A stretch of DNA of 64,000 nucleotides from Eubacteriales bacterium (GCA_030524545.1 JAUNGM010000020.1:17884-81883); one strand, 5' to 3'; shown: positions 28,007 through 37,037, counted from the first letter of the stretch. Notes: generated by a model from the letters alone, not told the origin. Numbers and translations are program-made.

Positions 28007-28761
28007 CATGTAATGTTATAGAGGCTGTAAATAAGGCCAGGGATGTCTTTGGGATAAAAGATTTCCCTGGCAATTTTTTTGCATTGCTTGAAAAACAAAA
28101 CTATACGGAAAAATATAGATTATTACTATTTAAAGAGGATATAGATAAATTATCAGGATTTATTGGGTATGGTGATAATGAAATATGCGTTATATGCATA
28201 AATTATCAAAGACCAATAGGGCATCAAAATTTTACACTTGCGCATGAACTGGGACATTGGTTTATGCATAAAGGGCAGAACATTTCAGATGATGATAAAA
28301 CATGTTCATATTCTACTGAAAAAATAGAACAGGAAGCCAATGATTTTGCGGCGGAATTGCTTTATCCGGAGAGACTTTTTAAGGAGGATTTTTCTGACAT
28401 AATTGGAAAAGATTTATTGCGGCCTGATTCAAGAAAAGCATTGGCAATTTATATTGATAAGCTATGCCATAAGTATTGTCTCAGTTTTGATATGGTATTC
28501 AGAAAAATACTATACAAAAACAGGCAAATAAAACAGTATAGTATAGTAAAAAGAGAAATAGAAAAAGCACTTGGATGTAAAATATCCGAATATTTTGAAA
28601 AGGATTTTTATGTGCCTAATGAAGAGCTGCCAGAATACCAACAGTTGAGGACACCTTATATTGACTTGGAAAAAAAGGTTGATAGGTTAGTAGCATTGGG
28701 GAAGATCGGTGAAGCCACAGCCGAAGCCATAAAATATAGAAACGGAATACAAATTAATTAA
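28003..28761 (+). CDS. ImmA/IrrE-family (COG2856, Peptidase_M78) zinc metallopeptidase
   Basis: HEXXH = HELGH (res. 81-85), followed by the conserved EQEANDFAAELLYP segment. 252 aa. Confidence 0.85.
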   Translation: MTCNVIEAVNKARDVFGIKDFPGNFFALLEKQNYTEKYRLLLFKEDIDKLSGFIGYGDNEICVICINYQRPIGHQNFTLAHELGHWFMHKGQNISDDDKTCSYSTEKIEQEANDFAAELLYPERLFKEDFSDIIGKDLLRPDSRKALAIYIDKLCHKYCLSFDMVFRKILYKNRQIKQYSIVKREIEKALGCKISEYFEKDFYVPNEELPEYQQLRTPYIDLEKKVDRLVALGKIGEATAEAIKYRNGIQIN

Positions 28762-29345
28762 TGTATTATCTTGTAGATACAAATATATTTCTTCATGTTA
28801 TTGGTTCTAATATATATGGTGTGGCTGATTTATGCAAAAAGAACAATAACGATATTACAATTACACAGACAATCTTAAATGAATTAGATCCGGGCTATTA
28901 CAGGGAAAATGAAGATGCTTCTAGTAAAGAAGTATATACATCGGTAAACAATTTGGTATTAGGAACGTGGGGGATTAAAGCTATCCAGATAATTCGCCTA
29001 AGCGATATTGAAGGGGCAAAAGAAGAGCTAAAAAAGATTAGAGAAAGATTCTATGGCTGGATGCGGAATCCCCAATATTTACAAAAATTAATACAAGAGG
29101 GAAAAATTTCTAGAGATGATATAAAGAAGCCCAGTTTCAGAAACAAAGATTTGGGTGAGTGTGAATTATTGGCAATTGCAAAAGCAGCTGTGGGTCAATA
29201 CTGGATTGTTACAAATGATAGGGGAAGGGTTTTTCAGCATCCGGATCAAAATATATTTGATACATATGCGAATGATCCAAATGTTACTATTATTACGGGT
29301 AACGAATGGCTTAAAATAATTGGTTTTAATGAAGAAAATGAATAA
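28761..29345 (+). CDS. PIN-like domain nuclease (DUF4411-like), putative toxin/effector
   Basis: MYYLVDTNIF (D6), ILNELD (E41/D43), DLGECELLAIA (D130/E133), IVTNDRG (D153): an acidic tetrad pattern of PIN domains. Start overlaps the upstream stop (TAATG). Confidence 0.6.
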   Translation: MYYLVDTNIFLHVIGSNIYGVADLCKKNNNDITITQTILNELDPGYYRENEDASSKEVYTSVNNLVLGTWGIKAIQIIRLSDIEGAKEELKKIRERFYGWMRNPQYLQKLIQEGKISRDDIKKPSFRNKDLGECELLAIAKAAVGQYWIVTNDRGRVFQHPDQNIFDTYANDPNVTIITGNEWLKIIGFNEENE

Positions 29346-29387
29346 TAAAAGAAATACTTTTAGTCCTAACTTGACACCAGCTAACTT

Positions 29388-29428
29388 CGTGAATCCCACG
29401 GCGATCGTCGGGACGGGGATTCTGGCAA
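29388..29428 (+). repeat. Right copy of the 41-bp direct repeat; a ghost spmA 3' fragment (reads VNPTAIVGTGILAKKFEEGVVF*)
   Basis: Aligns with 27428-27468. Differences are mostly at third codon positions. Confidence 0.75.
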
Positions 29429-29515
29429 AAAAGTTTGAAGAGGGCGTTGTGTTCTAATGTTATTCTAATGTTGCTAAGCTAATATAGACTCATAATAAAC
29501 TGGAGGAATATCAAT

Positions 29516-30103
29516 ATGAGAAGAATGAATTTAGTGAAAAAAAGTATATTGGCAGCAGGTATGATGGGAATTCTGATAATATTGGGAGCCGGGACGGTAT
29601 TTGCTGCAGTTGATGCGCAGGAGGCAGAAGAGATTGCCCTTGCGGATGCTGATATCAAGGCAGATCAGGCAGACCGCCTGAGAACAGAAGCAGAGAGGGA
29701 AGATGGAGAGAATGTTTACGAAGTAACATTTACTGTGGATGGCGTTGAATATAAATACCTGATCAGGGAAGAAGACGGAACGATTCTGGAGTGGGAAATG
29801 GATGGCAGAGACATCGGAGATGCGGCAGCGGAAAAGAGCCTGAAGGACAGCTCAAAAGAGTCATCGGATGCTGACAAAGATTCAGCAGAGAATACGGATA
29901 CGGTGATCGGCCTGGAACGTGCTAAGGAGATTGCTCTTTCAGACGCAGGTCTGGATTTGGCTGATGTGAGTTTTTCCAAGATTAAGTTTGGAAAAGAGGA
30001 CAGGGAAGTGGTTTATGAAGTAGAGTTTTATCAGGCTCGGGATGAGTTTGAGTATATAATTGAAGCCTACAGCGGAGAGATACTCAAGATGGAAAGGGAT
30101 TAG
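29516..30103 (+). CDS. PepSY-domain protein (two PepSY repeats), N-terminal signal/anchor
   Basis: Two copies of the ..A..IAL.DAG......F.K...........YEVEF pattern. Signal-like N-terminus. Confidence 0.75.
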   Translation: MRRMNLVKKSILAAGMMGILIILGAGTVFAAVDAQEAEEIALADADIKADQADRLRTEAEREDGENVYEVTFTVDGVEYKYLIREEDGTILEWEMDGRDIGDAAAEKSLKDSSKESSDADKDSAENTDTVIGLERAKEIALSDAGLDLADVSFSKIKFGKEDREVVYEVEFYQARDEFEYIIEAYSGEILKMERD

Positions 30104-30194
30104 TATACAGCCGGTTTGGCTTCAGTTTTACGTATAAACAGAACAGGGCCTGTCATAAGGTATTATGAGGATGCTTCCGGGAGGGAGTATGGAG

Positions 30195-30716
30195 ATGATT
30201 ACGTATCTTTCCAATCTCATAATACCTTTTTTGTTATTTTATGTGATTGGTTACGGGCTTCTGGCAAAAAGGGATATTTACAGCGACTTTCTGGATGGGG
30301 CAAAGGACGGGCTGAAAACTGTGGCGGGGATTTGTCCTACACTGGTCGGTTTGATGACGGCAGTGGGGATTCTGCGTGCTTCCGGTTTTCTGGAATTTCT
30401 CGGGGGAATTCTTGGAAAGGTAACCGGATATATAGGGCTGCCTCCGGATCTGGTGCCGCTGACACTGGTCAGGATGTTTTCTTCCAGTGCAGCGACAGGA
30501 CTTTTGCTGGATATTTTTAAGGAATTCGGAACGGATTCACCGACGGGGCTGATGGCCGGAATTGTGATGAGTGCTACAGAGAGTGTGTTTTACTGTATGA
30601 GCGTTTATTATGGGTCAGTGAAAATCAGAAAGACCAGATACACTTTGCCGGGGGCAATCATTTCAACGGCAGCGGGAGTAGCAGCGGCGGTGTGGATTGT
30701 AAACTGTCTGATGTAA
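30195..30716 (+). CDS. spmB: Spore maturation protein B
   Basis: MITYLSNLIIPFLLFYVIGYG... Gate-domain membrane protein. ATG at 30195 lies 7 nt after GGGAGGGAG. Confidence 0.85.
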   Translation: MITYLSNLIIPFLLFYVIGYGLLAKRDIYSDFLDGAKDGLKTVAGICPTLVGLMTAVGILRASGFLEFLGGILGKVTGYIGLPPDLVPLTLVRMFSSSAATGLLLDIFKEFGTDSPTGLMAGIVMSATESVFYCMSVYYGSVKIRKTRYTLPGAIISTAAGVAAAVWIVNCLM

Positions 30717-30846
30717 AGCAGAAAAAAAGGACATTTCCTATTATACACTGCTGTAAGGCAGGAGGAAATGTCCTGGAAAGAGTACCGAATACGATTCCGG
30801 GATATCCGGGTTTGTCTTATGTTTTCAGGTTATGCTCATCTGGCAG

Positions 30847-31587
30847 TCAGATAAGCTCCTTGTTTTTGATAAGCATTTCTTTAATTATGTTTTGTGTATA
30901 AGCACCAAGATGCTTTTTGTCTTCTTTATCCAGTTCATCCGGGTAGATTGGTTTACCATATTCTACAATGACATGGCATGGCTTGATGGTGGGAAAATGA
31001 GCTTCCCAGATCTGCGCCGTATTGCTCATGGCAATGGGGATGATGGGACATTTGGCCCTGGTGGCGATTTTGAAGCTGCCGTCGTGAAAAGGAAGCATGT
31101 CCGTTTCATCTTCATTTTTGTTCCTGGTGCCTTCCGGAAAGATACAGATGGAAATACCGGATTTCACTTTTTCTACAGCAGTGAGGATGGTCTGCAGGCC
31201 CTGCTTGATATCGCTTCTGTCAAGGAAAAGACAGTGGAGATATTTCATCCAGTTGGACAGAAGGGGGAATTTTTCCATTTCCTTTTTGGCAACATAGCCT
31301 GTCCGGATAGGGCAGCGGCTGTAGGTCAGGAGGATGTCAAAGTAGCTCCTGTGATTGCCGATATAGAGAACAGGAGTATCTTTGGGGACGTTTTCTTCTC
31401 CAATGACTGTTACTTTAACACCGGTGAGCCACAGGATAAAACGGAAAACAGCCTGGATGATTCGAAGTGAGCTGATTTCTTTTTTCAGAGGGTCAAATTT
31501 TCCGATGATCCATTCCACGATCAGAAGGGGAATAGATAAGATCAGATAACCGATAACGGCAATACATACTAAAATAAATCGTATCAT
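30847..31587 (-). CDS. plsC: 1-acyl-sn-glycerol-3-phosphate acyltransferase
   Basis: HX4D motif (NHRSYFD) and FPEGTR. Start at MIRFIL (31587), because a consensus promoter lies inside the longer ORF. Confidence 0.85.
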   Translation of the reverse strand: MIRFILVCIAVIGYLILSIPLLIVEWIIGKFDPLKKEISSLRIIQAVFRFILWLTGVKVTVIGEENVPKDTPVLYIGNHRSYFDILLTYSRCPIRTGYVAKKEMEKFPLLSNWMKYLHCLFLDRSDIKQGLQTILTAVEKVKSGISICIFPEGTRNKNEDETDMLPFHDGSFKIATRAKCPIIPIAMSNTAQIWEAHFPTIKPCHVIVEYGKPIYPDELDKEDKKHLGAYTQNIIKEMLIKNKELI

Positions 31588-31624
31588 AACAAATTCCTTT
31601 CGGGTATGTAAATTTCTTCCTTTC

Positions 31625-31653
31625 ATTATACGGAATTTTTGAAATAGTTGCAA
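31625..31653 (-). promoter_or_regulatory. Sigma-A-type promoter for plsC (TTGCAA, 17-nt spacer, TATAAT on the minus strand)
   Basis: Hexamers at 31648-31653 and 31625-31630 (complement). Confidence 0.6.
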
Positions 31654-31709
31654 TAAATCTTTTTCATCCTACATAGAATAATTACTAAGGAACAGATAGG
31701 GGTGGCATT

Positions 31710-32117
31710 ATGAAGCAGATCGTCTCCCTGTTTTGCCTGGCTGCCTGTATGGTGTTGGTGCTTTGCGGATGCCGGATCATCCGCGTGGAAGAGGAGGAAC
31801 GCAAACCGCTGGAATATACGGTGATTAATCAGCAGGAAATGCCTGCAGAAGTCGAGTCCCTGATTGAGGAAAAAAAGACAAAGGAGTTCCAGATGACGTA
31901 TCAAAGCGGAAAGGAAATGTATCTGATCAAAGGTTACGGGCAGCAGATGAGCGGAGGATACAGTATTTCTGTGGAGGAATTGTCTGAATCCTCCAATGGT
32001 ATTTTTTTTAAAACCCGGCTGATTGGTCCTGAAGATGACAGCCTTGGAGGAGAGCCGTCCTATCCGTATATTGTGGTCAGGATGGCATACAGGGATGAAC
32101 CGGTATTGTTTGAGTAA
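31710..32117 (+). CDS. Lipoprotein, PrcB_C-like (tentative)
   Basis: Lipobox LVLCGC. The GYGQQMSGGYSISVEEL segment resembles the PrcB C-terminal domain. Family assignment is from memory only. Confidence 0.55.
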   Translation: MKQIVSLFCLAACMVLVLCGCRIIRVEEEERKPLEYTVINQQEMPAEVESLIEEKKTKEFQMTYQSGKEMYLIKGYGQQMSGGYSISVEELSESSNGIFFKTRLIGPEDDSLGGEPSYPYIVVRMAYRDEPVLFE

Positions 32118-32137
32118 AAAGAAAAGGAGAATGCAGG

Positions 32138-33694
32138 ATGGAGTTAAAACGGGAAGATATTCAGATGCTTCGTGTGAAGAGCAGGGCGACCAGTCAGGTA
32201 ACTTTTGACATGGATTACAATGTGCCGGATGCAAAGCCGGATATTGGAAGGATGATTCAGAGCAAAGGAGACGTATCAATGGATGAGGTGCGTCTGAATG
32301 AAGGTCATGCTTTTCTGAAAGGCAGCCTGAATGTGGATTTGCTGTATGTGGGGGATGAGGAGAAAAAAGTCTACAGTCTTTCTGCAAAATTACCTCTGGA
32401 GGAAACCCTGAACCTGGAAGGTATCGCCAGCGGCGATAAACTGTGCCTGAAGTGGGAAATTGAAGATTTAAGCGTACATCTGATTCATTCCAGAAAAATA
32501 AACATTAAAGCAATCGTGACTTTCTATGCTGTTGTGGATGAGCTTACGGGAATCCGCCTGCCTGTCGCGCTGGAAGAAGAAGGAATCTCCGTGCAGAAAA
32601 AGCAGATGCGCCTTTTGAGCCTGGCTGTACATAAAAAGGATACACTGCGCCTGAAGGAGGAAATTTCACTGGCATCCAATAAACCGAATATCGCGGAGCT
32701 TTTGTGGTATCATATTGAGGTGCGGGGACTGGATCTGCGGCCGGAGGACAATGCGGTAAAGGCTAAAGGCGAGCTTGCCGTATTTGTTCTTTATGCAGGA
32801 GATGACGAGGGAAATCCGCTGCAGTGGCTGGAATATTCCCTGCCATTTTCCGGGGAAGTGGAATGCAGCGGCTGCGCAGGTGAGATGATCCCGAATATGG
32901 AAGCAGCCGTGATCAATCAGGGAATTGAGGTGAAGCCTGATGAGGACGGGGAAGAGAGGGTGCTTTTGGCAGATGTGGTTCTGGAAGTGGATATGAAGCT
33001 GTATGAGGAAGAAGAACACGAAGTGATCATGGATGTATATACGCCTTTGAAGGAGTGTATTCCTCATGGACGGCCGGAGGTTTTGGAAGGTCTTCTGGTA
33101 CGAAATTTTTCCAAATGCAGGCTGGCAGACAGGATTGAGGTAAAGGAGAATCAGGGTAAAATCCTTCAAATTTGCCATAGTCAGGGGAAAGTAAAGATTG
33201 ATAAGACCCGGATTGTGGAGAACGGTATCCAGGCAGAGGGAATTGTCCACATGAAAATCCTCTACAGTGTGGGAAATGATGATATGCCCTTCTATTCCAT
33301 GGAAGCCATGATCCCCTTTACGCATGTGGTGGAAGCGCGGGGAATCACGCCGGAGTGCGAGTATTTTCTGAAAACGGATCTGGAACAGCTATCCACGACC
33401 ATGGTGGACAGCAATGAGATTGAAGTAAAGGCAGCAGTCAGCCTGAATGTACTTGTGATGCGGCAGGAGGAGGCGGTGATCATTGACCGTGTGGAGGAAA
33501 AACCGCTGGATATGGAGAAAATCAGGAGTATGCCCGGCATTACGGTTTATATGGTAAAGCCGGAGGATACTTTGTGGGATATTGCAAAGAGATTTTATAC
33601 AACTGTAGAGGAAATTTGTTCACTCAATGAATTGGAAGAGGAAAAGGTCAGCCCCTGCCAGCCGCTTTTACTTGTGAAAAAAGTGGAGAGCTGA
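32138..33694 (+). CDS. DUF3794 (SPOCS)-repeat protein with a C-terminal LysM domain
   Basis: C-terminal YMVKPEDTLWDIAKRFYTTVEEICSLNEL is LysM-like. The N-terminal repeated beta-rich modules are typical of sporulation-associated DUF3794 proteins. Confidence 0.7.
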   Translation: MELKREDIQMLRVKSRATSQVTFDMDYNVPDAKPDIGRMIQSKGDVSMDEVRLNEGHAFLKGSLNVDLLYVGDEEKKVYSLSAKLPLEETLNLEGIASGDKLCLKWEIEDLSVHLIHSRKINIKAIVTFYAVVDELTGIRLPVALEEEGISVQKKQMRLLSLAVHKKDTLRLKEEISLASNKPNIAELLWYHIEVRGLDLRPEDNAVKAKGELAVFVLYAGDDEGNPLQWLEYSLPFSGEVECSGCAGEMIPNMEAAVINQGIEVKPDEDGEERVLLADVVLEVDMKLYEEEEHEVIMDVYTPLKECIPHGRPEVLEGLLVRNFSKCRLADRIEVKENQGKILQICHSQGKVKIDKTRIVENGIQAEGIVHMKILYSVGNDDMPFYSMEAMIPFTHVVEARGITPECEYFLKTDLEQLSTTMVDSNEIEVKAAVSLNVLVMRQEEAVIIDRVEEKPLDMEKIRSMPGITVYMVKPEDTLWDIAKRFYTTVEEICSLNELEEEKVSPCQPLLLVKKVES

Positions 33695-33840
33695 AACAAT
33701 TTTTCTGTGCATATTGAAATTTGACAAAAAATCATATAAAATACGAAATAAGGAATACTGTATACAAAGTACAAAAGATGGTTGCTGTTCATCCGGTGAT
33801 CAGCAATACGCTTCATAAGAATACAATATCGGAGGAATTT

Positions 33841-34722
33841 ATGAGATTACGTGCATTTGCTAAGATAAATCTGGGCCTTGATATTTTGGGAAAGAGAGAC
33901 GACGGGTATCATGAGGTACGCATGATCATGCAGACCATTCAGATGTATGATGTGCTGGAGATACAGAGAAGTAAATCACCGGGGATTTCCCTTGTTACGA
34001 ATCTTCCGTATGTTCCGTCTGATGAGCGCAACCTTGTTTATAAGGCAGCCAAGCTCCTGATGGATGAATTTCATGTGGAGGAAGGGCTGTCTATGAGACT
34101 GGACAAGTCCATTCCTGTGGCAGCAGGTATGGCGGGGGGCAGTTCGGATGCAGCGGCAGCTTTTGTGGGTGTGAACCGGCTGTTTGGCCTGGGTTTAAGC
34201 GAGCAGGAGCTGATGAATCGGGCCGTAAAGGTTGGCGCGGATGTGCCATACTGTATCATGCGCGGAACGGCGCTTGCAGAGGGAATCGGGGAGAAGCTGA
34301 CGTGGATCCCGCAGGTGCCCAGGTGTTTTGTGCTTGTGGGTAAGCCGGGCGTGAATGTTTCCACAAAAATGGCTTACGAGACCCTGAAACTGAAAAGTAT
34401 TACCTGTCACCCTGATATTGACGGTATGATTGAGAATATCAAGAATGGAGACCTGTATGGAATGGTTTCCAAAATGGGGAATGTTTTTGAACCGGGCATT
34501 ATCGGAAGGTATCCGGTGATTCAGGAAATTAAGAATCTCATGGAAGCCAATGGAGCGCTGAAGGCGATGATGAGCGGAAGCGGCCCTACGGTTTTCGGTA
34601 TATTTGACGATGCGGATAAAATGGCTGCCGCTGCGGCTGTGCTTCGGGAAAGCCATCTGGCTAAGACGGTTTTTGCCACGGAAGTATACAATCGAAACGG
34701 AGGTTTTACGAATGACAAGTGA
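33841..34722 (+). CDS. ispE: 4-diphosphocytidyl-2-C-methyl-D-erythritol kinase
   Basis: KINLGLDILGKRDDGYHEV and GHMP-kinase motif PVAAGMAGGSSDAAA. GGAGG RBS before the ATG at 33841. Confidence 0.92.
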   Translation: MRLRAFAKINLGLDILGKRDDGYHEVRMIMQTIQMYDVLEIQRSKSPGISLVTNLPYVPSDERNLVYKAAKLLMDEFHVEEGLSMRLDKSIPVAAGMAGGSSDAAAAFVGVNRLFGLGLSEQELMNRAVKVGADVPYCIMRGTALAEGIGEKLTWIPQVPRCFVLVGKPGVNVSTKMAYETLKLKSITCHPDIDGMIENIKNGDLYGMVSKMGNVFEPGIIGRYPVIQEIKNLMEANGALKAMMSGSGPTVFGIFDDADKMAAAAAVLRESHLAKTVFATEVYNRNGGFTNDK

Positions 34723-35401
34723 TTTTACAGTGAATATGGATCAGTATCTGCCTTTGCGGGATGTTGTATTTAATACGCTGCGTCAGGCGATTTTGAAAGG
34801 AGAGCTGAAGCCGGGGGAGCGGCTGATGGAGATCGCTCTGGCGGACAGGCTGGGAGTGAGCAGGACTCCCATACGAGAAGCACTCCGCAAGCTGGAATTG
34901 GAGGGCCTGGTGGTTATGATTCCCCGCAGGGGCGCCCAGGTGGCAGATATCACGGAGAAGGATCTGAATGATGTGCTGGAGGTCCGTATCGCACTGGAAA
35001 ATCTTGCCATTGAAAAGGCGTGTAAGCGGATGACAGACGAGCAGATAGAACAGCTTCTGGCTGCCGCTAAAGAATTCGAAAAAACTACAACGGAAGGGAA
35101 TCTTGTCCATCTGGCGGAAGCGGATGTAGCATTTCATGATGTGATATACAGGGCAGCGGATAATGTGACGCTGAATCAGGTGCAGAATAATCTGAGAGAG
35201 CAGATTTATCGTTACAGAGTGGAGTATCTCAAGGATGAAGAGATGAGAAATCAACTGGTGAAGGAGCATGAGATGCTTTATGAGGCGATGAAAGAAAGGG
35301 ATGTGAAGAAAGCACAGGAGATTTCGTTTCGGCATATTGAGAATCAGAGGAGGGGGATTATCCGGTCGATACAGGAGGATAATTCTTCTGAGAAGAAATA
35401 A
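34712..35401 (+). CDS. GntR-family transcriptional regulator (FadR/FCD subfamily)
   Basis: LADRLGVSRTPIREALRKLELEGLV winged HTH plus an FCD-like C-terminal domain. Overlaps the ispE end by 11 nt. Confidence 0.9.
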   Translation: MTSDFTVNMDQYLPLRDVVFNTLRQAILKGELKPGERLMEIALADRLGVSRTPIREALRKLELEGLVVMIPRRGAQVADITEKDLNDVLEVRIALENLAIEKACKRMTDEQIEQLLAAAKEFEKTTTEGNLVHLAEADVAFHDVIYRAADNVTLNQVQNNLREQIYRYRVEYLKDEEMRNQLVKEHEMLYEAMKERDVKKAQEISFRHIENQRRGIIRSIQEDNSSEKK

Positions 35402-35542
35402 AATAGAAGATTTTGGAGATAATAGGAGGGACGTTGATGCGTCTCTCTTTTTTTGTTGTGTGAAAAGGCAGGATGCCGGGAGCAGCAGCCTTGTGTGCAG
35501 GGATGGCCGGCTGTCGGCGGACTATTTTGCAGGAGGGATATT

Positions 35543-37033
35543 ATGATGGAAGACAGTGTAGGGATTTCTAAGGCTTTGAGGGAGAATGAGGAGTATGTGA
35601 GGAAACGGTGCGAAGGATGTGCGGACATTTTGATCCGGCCGATGAAGCTGGGGGATGAAAAGAAAGTGGACTGCCTGATGGTTTATATTGAGGTGGCGGT
35701 TTCAAATATGATGCTGGATGATTCGGCAATCGGGAAGATGGTGAATCATTTCTGGGAGGTCTCTCCTGAGCAGATTCAGGAATTTGTAAAAAATAACAGC
35801 CTGGGAATTGCAGATGTGAAAAAGCTGGAAAATATGGAAGAAGTTTTTTCAGCGCTGCTGGCGGGGAATGCAGTTTTCTTTATGGATGGATATGACCGGG
35901 CGATGAAAATCTCCAGCAAGGGATATCCGGGGATGGGAGTGTCCGAGGCGGAGACGGAAAAGGTCATCCGAGGTTCCAGAGAGGGCTTTACGGATTCTGT
36001 AAAGACAAATTCGGCACTGGTACGAAAACGTTTAAGGGATACAAGGTTGAAGGTGGAGGAACGTCAGCTTGGAATCAGGACCAATACGACAATGCAGATG
36101 CTTTATATGGAGGATCTGGTAAGAGAAGAGCTTTTGGAGGATATCAGAGAGAGAATGGATACTTATGAGATTGATGGGATTCTGGACAGCGGAATGCTGG
36201 AGCAGCTTACGGAGGATAACTGGTATTCCCCCTTTCCGCAGTATCAGAGTACGGAGCGGCCGGACAGGGCTGCTCAGGAGATTCTGAATGGGAAGATTAT
36301 TCTGCTTTGCGATAATTCGCCCTCGGCGTTAATCCTGCCGAGTTCCTTTCAGGGATTTATGGAGAGCAGTGAGGACTGGAACCAGAGGTTTGAAATGGCA
36401 TCGTTCCTGCGGGTGCTGCGGTATGTGGCCCTGGCCTGTGCAACATTGTTTCCGGGAGTTTATCTGGCTGTAATACGGTTTCACACACAGATTTTGCCGA
36501 CAAATCTGCTGTTGTCCTTTGCAGAGGCCAGGGAGGGTGTGCCCTTTTCCAGTGTGGCGGAGCTGGTGTTTCTGGAACTGGCTTTTGAACTGATCCGGGA
36601 AGCGGGGGTACGGGTGCCAGGGGCGCTTGGAAATGCAATCGGGATTGTCGGAGGGCTGATCGTGGGCGACGCTGCGGTGAGTGCCAATCTGGTAAGCCCA
36701 ATCGTTGTAATGATCGTGGCGCTGACAGCCCTTGGGTCTATGACTATTCCCAATGAGGAGTTTGCTTCGGCATTCCGGCTGGTAAAATATGTGTTTCTGT
36801 TTCTGGGAGGTTATCTGGGGATTTTTGGGATTGTATTGGGAATTTATGTGGTCATTGCCCATTTGGCAGGGCTTTTGAGTTTTGGGATGCCATATTTGAT
36901 GCCATTTGTAAAAAAAGAGCCGATGAAGGGCGTCGGAGATGGGATTTTGCGGATGCCGTTTCGGAAAAGAAGGCAGAGACCGCTGTATGCAAAGCGAGAT
37001 GAGAGCCTGCGTTTGAAAAGAAGGGAGGGGTGA
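35543..37033 (+). CDS. Spore germination protein, GerA family A subunit
   Basis: GerA-family pattern (ADILIRPM..., C-terminal TM cluster). AGGAGGG RBS. Confidence 0.85.
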   Translation: MMEDSVGISKALRENEEYVRKRCEGCADILIRPMKLGDEKKVDCLMVYIEVAVSNMMLDDSAIGKMVNHFWEVSPEQIQEFVKNNSLGIADVKKLENMEEVFSALLAGNAVFFMDGYDRAMKISSKGYPGMGVSEAETEKVIRGSREGFTDSVKTNSALVRKRLRDTRLKVEERQLGIRTNTTMQMLYMEDLVREELLEDIRERMDTYEIDGILDSGMLEQLTEDNWYSPFPQYQSTERPDRAAQEILNGKIILLCDNSPSALILPSSFQGFMESSEDWNQRFEMASFLRVLRYVALACATLFPGVYLAVIRFHTQILPTNLLLSFAEAREGVPFSSVAELVFLELAFELIREAGVRVPGALGNAIGIVGGLIVGDAAVSANLVSPIVVMIVALTALGSMTIPNEEFASAFRLVKYVFLFLGGYLGIFGIVLGIYVVIAHLAGLLSFGMPYLMPFVKKEPMKGVGDGILRMPFRKRRQRPLYAKRDESLRLKRREG

Positions 37034-37037
37034 GAAG

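Larger units (their letters stand above)
27552..29387 (+). other. AT-rich inserted segment (genomic islet) carrying the HTH / ImmA-IrrE / PIN-like operon. No recombinase is present.
   Basis: Hand-counted 60-nt lines give about 25-40% G+C inside versus 55-62% in adjacent spmA/spmB lines. Bounded by the 41-bp direct repeats. Confidence 0.65.

Noticed and set aside
29516-30103. The PepSY gene as part of the foreign cassette.
   Set aside because: - Its G+C content and codon style look host-like.
- It lies outside the direct-repeat-bounded, AT-rich segment.
- It is treated as resident.
30832-31470. A 212-aa plus-strand ORF.
   Set aside because: It is antisense to plsC, which has clear HX4D and FPEGTR motifs and a consensus promoter.
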